DNA of 32,000 bases from Promethearchaeota archaeon (GTDB lineage Archaea > Asgardarchaeota > Lokiarchaeia > Sigyniarchaeales > Promethearchaeaceae). Position 1 is the first letter of the stretch. Each line of letters starts with the position of its first letter. The stretch is taken from positions 60,001 through 92,000 of the forward strand of contig JAFGBS010000001.1 in assembly GCA_016933055.1 (NCBI GenBank). Direction: 5' to 3'. The notes below the pieces were generated by a model. The model ran no database searches, had not been told where the DNA came from, and worked only from the letters and a program-made list of their open reading frames with translations. The position numbers were made by a program, and so were the translations under genes. Positions 27,357 to 32,000 of the stretch are shown here, one piece after another.

Positions 27357-29174
27357 TTATATCTCCTCCTTTAAAGTGGGTTCTGATTCATCCCATTTAC
27401 GTAATTTATAATATCTTGCTATCATTTCTTTGGTGGGAGGGGTGTTCTTTTTTGTTCCCCCCTTCGGGATGCTAATGTGAAAACGTTCATATAGTCTATC
27501 ATCCTCTTTTGTTTGACCCGCCGCGATGTTAAATGCTCGTTTCATACTGATTAAATCTTGCCCAACTTTCATCCACGAATCGACAGAATATTTTTTTCCT
27601 GTTATCGCATTGAGACAATCGATCCATGGCTGAATTTCTGGAATAAAATTAAAACCAAATATACAACCACCACATGCAGAATATGCCTCACTGGCATCTT
27701 GAATCTTAATCACGGTTTCGGGAGCGGCTTCTGCATCAAAACGTTTGACAGCAGAATCTAATCCAATTTCTTTTTTATAATTCATGGAGGTGGAAAGATG
27801 CATTGGCATGTAACAATGAAACGCCCCTCGGGGAGTTGTAATATAGTCTAATGCGGTCATATTATTAGCACGAGGTTCATGTGCGGGGACTTCCAATCCT
27901 TTTACATGGGTTTCGTATATTTCGGGTAATTTATGCTTCTTACAGAACGATCGAACCCCTTCACCCAAATCGAATGCTATATCTCCCTCCCGATATGCGA
28001 TTTTTTTTATCATTTCTTCAATAGCGGGAACTCCACCCCAAGTTTGGAAAATGACTCGTTTTTCTGGATCTGGCCTAAAACCTAATTCTTCCAGTTTTAC
28101 GGGGACTTTTCCCGAATTGGCGAGTTCTAAGAACATCGCTAACACTCCCCCCAAAGAAATAGTATCCATACCAAGATCATTAACTAATACATTCCAACGG
28201 ATTAATGCATCTAAATTATCGACTAAAATATTGGCACCCATCATCGCAAGAGTTTCATATTCTGGCCATCGTACCCACTCTCCCTCATATTCCACCATTC
28301 CGGTGCATCCCGTCGGGCATGCATAACAATGATGTTTTTTCACTTCTTTTTCAGCAAATATCGCATTAGCACCGATATTTCGCAATCCCGGCCATCTGGA
28401 TTGAGTGTAATTTTGAATGGGAACATCACCGATACCTGCCATGGAATCAATTCCGGCAGGAGTACCGAACTGTTTATATACGCCCTCCATCGGGCTTTCT
28501 TCAAGTAATTCGCGTATGTGTTTTACAGCTTTTCTTAGATTCTCGGGATTTTTGATAACGGGTTTAACGGTCCCCTTCACAGCTATAGCTTTTAGCTTTT
28601 TAGATCCCATTACCGCTCCAAGACCACACCTTCCTGCAGCTCTATCTTTTTCATTCATAATGGATGCGAAATTTACAAGATTCTCTCCCGCAGGACCTAT
28701 AGAAGAAATTTTTACTGTACCATCCTTTAAATCTTCCATTATTAGTTTTTCAGTTTCCCTCGTTGTGTTACCCCAAATTTTTGAAGCATCCCTAAACTCT
28801 ACTGCATCATTAGTAATAAGCAGATAAACGGGTGTTTTACTTTTCCCTGTAATTAAAAGGTGAGAATAACCGGTTTTTCTTAATTCAAAGTTCCAAAATC
28901 CCCCACTAGATGCTTCCCCCAGCAATCCTGTTAATGGGGATTTCGATAACACAAAATGTCTGCCACAATAGGGAACAGAAGTGGCGGCAAAAGGACCAAC
29001 AGAAAAAATTATCACATTTTCTTCATCAAATGGATCGATTTTCGGATCTACTTCGCGAGTAAATATCGCCGTGGCGACACCCATCCCACCAAAGTATTTT
29101 TCTTCCAGCTTTGGATCTAATTCTTCAGAAGTGAATTTGTAAGTGGTTAGATTAATTCTAAGTAGTTTTGTCAT
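27357..29174 (-). CDS. aor: Tungsten-type aldehyde:ferredoxin oxidoreductase family protein (copy 2)
   Basis: GGMG, SKSPLTG, AAGRCGLGAVMGSKKLKA, CYACPTGC, EYET and GMDTIS. Confidence 0.92.
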   Translation of the reverse strand: MTKLLRINLTTYKFTSEELDPKLEEKYFGGMGVATAIFTREVDPKIDPFDEENVIIFSVGPFAATSVPYCGRHFVLSKSPLTGLLGEASSGGFWNFELRKTGYSHLLITGKSKTPVYLLITNDAVEFRDASKIWGNTTRETEKLIMEDLKDGTVKISSIGPAGENLVNFASIMNEKDRAAGRCGLGAVMGSKKLKAIAVKGTVKPVIKNPENLRKAVKHIRELLEESPMEGVYKQFGTPAGIDSMAGIGDVPIQNYTQSRWPGLRNIGANAIFAEKEVKKHHCYACPTGCTGMVEYEGEWVRWPEYETLAMMGANILVDNLDALIRWNVLVNDLGMDTISLGGVLAMFLELANSGKVPVKLEELGFRPDPEKRVIFQTWGGVPAIEEMIKKIAYREGDIAFDLGEGVRSFCKKHKLPEIYETHVKGLEVPAHEPRANNMTALDYITTPRGAFHCYMPMHLSTSMNYKKEIGLDSAVKRFDAEAAPETVIKIQDASEAYSACGGCIFGFNFIPEIQPWIDCLNAITGKKYSVDSWMKVGQDLISMKRAFNIAAGQTKEDDRLYERFHISIPKGGTKKNTPPTKEMIARYYKLRKWDESEPTLKEEI

Positions 29175-29241
29175 AAAATCATACTCTATCTTATTAACTA
29201 TATCGTATGGTTTGTCTTATCGCAATATAAATCTTTCAAAA

Positions 29242-29256
29242 TCCTATATTTCTATA
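29242..29256 (-). promoter_or_regulatory. Putative operator (tandem TATAGAA/TATAGGA) upstream of aor copy 2
   Basis: Minus strand reads TATAGAA-A-TATAGGA-N12-TATA (TATA begins at 29229). Confidence 0.4.
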
Positions 29257-29343
29257 TATTTAATCTACTTGCTCAGTGAATCAGTATAAAACTCTATAAA
29301 TAATCCATAGATTCTATATTTATACAATTATTTTTGATCTCAG

Positions 29344-30375
29344 ATGTATCGAAGAAAAATCGTGTTAACGGGTAAAAGCTCTTTTGTGGTAACATTGCCA
29401 AAGGAGTGGGTAGAAAATAATAAACTTAAGAAAAAACAGGAAATTTATTTTCTCACTTTGGATGATGGATCTCTTTTACTGACCCCATATCTTAATAAAA
29501 AGAAGTACCGTAAACTCCTAAAAGTGACTAAAGATATCAGTCATCTCAAAAGACTGATTTATGCAACTTATTTGGGGGGTTATTCGGAAATGAAAATTAG
29601 CAGTGATTCAAGCATTGATTCGGAAACGAGATCAGAAATCAAACAGATTTCTAATGCTTTAATGGGAGTTGAAGTTGGAGAGGAGACCCCTGATTCCATG
29701 ACTTTAAAGAATATGGTGCAAGATTCGGGGATTAATTTTCAAGATATCATTTCCACTATGATGGAAATGACTCTATCCATGTTTGAAAGTGCCTTTAAAG
29801 CCTTGAAAAATAGGGATGAAACAACAGCGCAGTTTGTGGTGGATCGCGATAAAGAAGTCAACCCGAAAAACCATGCGATTACTCGAATAATGAATACATA
29901 TCTTCAAGATTTAACTTTAACACAAAGTTTAGGAGTATCCTTAATTGAAGCTCAGTCAAATTTTGCATTAAGTATGTTTCTAGAGAGTTTGGCGGATTTT
30001 GCCGTACTGATCAGTCGAAATATAATCAATATGCTTGAACAAGGTATAGATATTGCTTCTATCAGCGAAATTGTAAAGATAGGAACTAAATATACAGAAA
30101 TTATGACTCAAATATTTTTTAATTGGAAAAATGATAATAAAGATGGTGTTCGGCAGCCTTTAGATGAGAGTAATGTATACCAAGCTAATCTATACCTTGA
30201 TCAATTGGGTGTTGTCAAATTGGAGTGTGCAAAATTGATGGAAAGATTTCGAAAACAATCAATTAACTCCTATTTATATGTTATCCTCGAGAAAATTCAA
30301 CAATCCATCAAAACATTGTCCAATATCGCTTTAATTTCAATTGACATCGTAGAGGGCAAGCTTCCCCAAGACTAA
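29344..30375 (+). CDS. AbrB/SpoVT-domain plus PhoU-domain regulator (archaeal PhoU-like regulator family)
   Basis: N-terminal RKIVLTGKSSFVVTLPKEWV swapped-hairpin DNA-binding motif; YLGGY; helical PhoU-like repeats (DRDKEVN, ESLADFA). Confidence 0.85.
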   Translation: MYRRKIVLTGKSSFVVTLPKEWVENNKLKKKQEIYFLTLDDGSLLLTPYLNKKKYRKLLKVTKDISHLKRLIYATYLGGYSEMKISSDSSIDSETRSEIKQISNALMGVEVGEETPDSMTLKNMVQDSGINFQDIISTMMEMTLSMFESAFKALKNRDETTAQFVVDRDKEVNPKNHAITRIMNTYLQDLTLTQSLGVSLIEAQSNFALSMFLESLADFAVLISRNIINMLEQGIDIASISEIVKIGTKYTEIMTQIFFNWKNDNKDGVRQPLDESNVYQANLYLDQLGVVKLECAKLMERFRKQSINSYLYVILEKIQQSIKTLSNIALISIDIVEGKLPQD

Positions 30376-30394
30376 AGATTATTTATCTCCTTTT

Positions 30395-30435
30395 TTCTAT
30401 ATAGGAAATATCAAAATTATATATATCTATAGGAA
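30395..30435 (+). promoter_or_regulatory. Putative operator sites upstream of the aminotransferase
   Basis: TTCTATATAGGAA (30395-30407) and ATCTATAGGAA (30425-30435). The latter 11-mer is identical to 23726-23736. Confidence 0.4.
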
Positions 30436-30446
30436 CAACTAATTGG

Positions 30447-30453
30447 TATAAAC
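30447..30453 (+). promoter_or_regulatory. Putative TATA box of the class III aminotransferase gene
   Basis: TATAAAC starts 30 nt upstream of ATG 30477 (leaderless spacing). Confidence 0.45.
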
Positions 30454-30476
30454 AAGATAATTGATTGTGATGCACC

Positions 30477-31901
30477 ATGAAGTATGAAGAAATTATACAA
30501 AGATTGGAGAATTTACGTGAAACTCCACCTGTAGATGTATCAAATTCTGTGATCGAGCCAGCGATTCAAGAATTTTATAAGAGATACCCGAAATCTCTCG
30601 CAATGTTCGAAGAAATGAAGAAATACATACCTGGTGGAATTGAACATATGAATTCCATTCAATATCCCTTCCCAATCGTCATAAATAAAGCCCAGGGACC
30701 TTATCTATTTGATTTGAATGGAAACAAATTTATAGATTACCTTATGACCTCGGGTCCATGCATTTTGGGTCATAACTATCCTGAAGTGCGAGACTATGTC
30801 ATTGAAGTATTAAGAGAAAATGGACCTGCTACAGGAGTCATGTGTGAATATGAGTTACTTGCTGCAAAAAAGATATGCGAGCATATGGAGAACGTAAGTA
30901 AGGTAAGATTCTATCAGAGTGGCTCTGAGGCAAATATGGCGATGGCTCGAATTGCGAGGTTGTATACGGATAAGAAAAAAATCATCAAGGTGGAAGGGTC
31001 GTATCATGGATGGGCGGATCAGTTTGTCACGGGACTTCATTTACCAGGGACAGGTCCTATGTTCGCTCATGGCATTCCTCCAGAGCATTATTCTAATACC
31101 GTAGGAGTTATGCCAAATGATATTGAAGGGATAAAGAAAGCGATTTCTGATAATAAAGATAAGGGGGGTACAGCTGCAATTGTGCTAGAGGCATGTGGGG
31201 GGGATTCTGGTACTTTTCCTCCCGCTCCCGGATATTTGGAGGAAGTTAGGGAAATATGCACAGAAAATGATGTGCTACTCGTGTTTGACGAAGTTGTTAC
31301 GGGTTTTCGACTTAGTATGGGTGGAGCTCAAGAATATTATGGAATTGATGCAGATATATCAGTTTTAGGTAAGATTGTGGGTCACGAATACCCTAGTGCA
31401 GGCGCAGTTGGCGCACGAGACGATATCATGCAGATGATTTTGGGAAAGGGAGGAAATAATTCTGAAATCGGTCAAAAAGTCTTTACAGCAGGTACCATGG
31501 CTGGGACTAACTTAACCAGTGCTGCAGCTTATAAAGCAATTGAATGCATCGAAAAAACAAACACTATTGAAATTGCCGGCAAGGTTGCGGATGAACTATC
31601 CAAGGGGTTGAATAAAATCTTCGCAGATTATAAGCTTCCGTTTTTCACATATAATTTCAAATCTATAATCCAGCTGCGTATGTCAGGTTTTTATACTGTA
31701 GATCTAACTAAACCTAACGCAATCAAAGAAGTTTTACAGCGCAGAGAAAACGCAGCAAAATATCAAATATTAGAAGCTCTAGAGGGAATCAACACATTAC
31801 AATCTATCCGAATGTATACCTCATTGATGCATAATGATAATAAACTAATCAATGATACTCTTGTTGGATTCGAACGTATTTGTCAAAAATTATCAAAATG
31901 A
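30477..31901 (+). CDS. Class III PLP aminotransferase (HemL-like but divergent)
   Basis: DLNGNKFIDY, SGSEA, SYHG, FDEVVTGFR, GKIVG (PLP Lys) and GT. Confidence 0.88.
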   Translation: MKYEEIIQRLENLRETPPVDVSNSVIEPAIQEFYKRYPKSLAMFEEMKKYIPGGIEHMNSIQYPFPIVINKAQGPYLFDLNGNKFIDYLMTSGPCILGHNYPEVRDYVIEVLRENGPATGVMCEYELLAAKKICEHMENVSKVRFYQSGSEANMAMARIARLYTDKKKIIKVEGSYHGWADQFVTGLHLPGTGPMFAHGIPPEHYSNTVGVMPNDIEGIKKAISDNKDKGGTAAIVLEACGGDSGTFPPAPGYLEEVREICTENDVLLVFDEVVTGFRLSMGGAQEYYGIDADISVLGKIVGHEYPSAGAVGARDDIMQMILGKGGNNSEIGQKVFTAGTMAGTNLTSAAAYKAIECIEKTNTIEIAGKVADELSKGLNKIFADYKLPFFTYNFKSIIQLRMSGFYTVDLTKPNAIKEVLQRRENAAKYQILEALEGINTLQSIRMYTSLMHNDNKLINDTLVGFERICQKLSK

Positions 31902-32000
31902 AAGCTAGGCAAAGATAAAAACAGCAACATCACGAATTCCCCAAAATTAAGGAATTAATAGTCTCCGGGAGTTTTACTTCGGATTCTCGGAGTTTTTTCC

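Noticed and set aside
874-31104. The many 60-190 aa antisense or alternate-frame ORFs in the track (e.g. 9644-10213, 12477-12824, 25289-25660, 28417-28827)
   Set aside because: All lie within or largely overlap well-supported genes and show no domain motifs; treated as shadow ORFs.
30477-31901. Annotation as true hemL
   Set aside because: PGGIEHMNS and GKIVGHEYP deviate from the HemL PGGVNSPVR and GKIIGGG motifs; no tetrapyrrole context. Kept as a generic class III aminotransferase.
1-32000. Selenocysteine or pyrrolysine read-through
   Set aside because: No recognised protein is truncated at an in-frame TGA or TAG; all families appear full length.
1-32000. CRISPR arrays, tRNA/rRNA, IS elements, integrases
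   Set aside because: No regularly spaced repeats, cloverleaf or rRNA-like segments, or transposase motifs seen; intergenic spaces are short.
31902-32000. CTCCG/CGGAG short repeats and a possible minus-strand gene end at the window edge
   Set aside because: Too short and truncated to interpret.

Overview
AT-rich, gene-dense archaeal DNA with 27 credible CDS. I saw no tRNA, rRNA, CRISPR array or mobile element. The likely source is an Asgard archaeon (Lokiarchaeia/Promethearchaeota-like); this is inferred from a Rab-like GTPase alongside archaeal-type PIN, RecJ/DHH, AbrB-PhoU and two tungsten AOR genes. There are three blocks. (1) 1-7179: housekeeping genes, a Rab-like GTPase and a sequon-rich cell-surface protein. 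(2) 7176-18624, minus strand: a lysine-fermentation pathway of the type described in anaerobic bacteria (kat-kce ... CoA-transferase A/B-kdd-kamA-kamB-kamD-kamE). It is the Kat transaminase variant: kal and kamC are absent, and the CoA-transferase is Gct-type rather than AtoAD-type. (3) 18762-31901: a catabolic region of unknown substrate. It holds AOR plus a fold-III PLP enzyme, then MFS, creatininase-like hydrolase, M29 hydrolase, non-canonical ThDP enzyme, a second AOR, an AbrB-PhoU regulator and a class III aminotransferase. Three promoter regions in block 3 share a repeated TATAG(G/A)A motif at a fixed distance from TATA-like boxes. Family calls come from motif recognition and recall, not from database searches.
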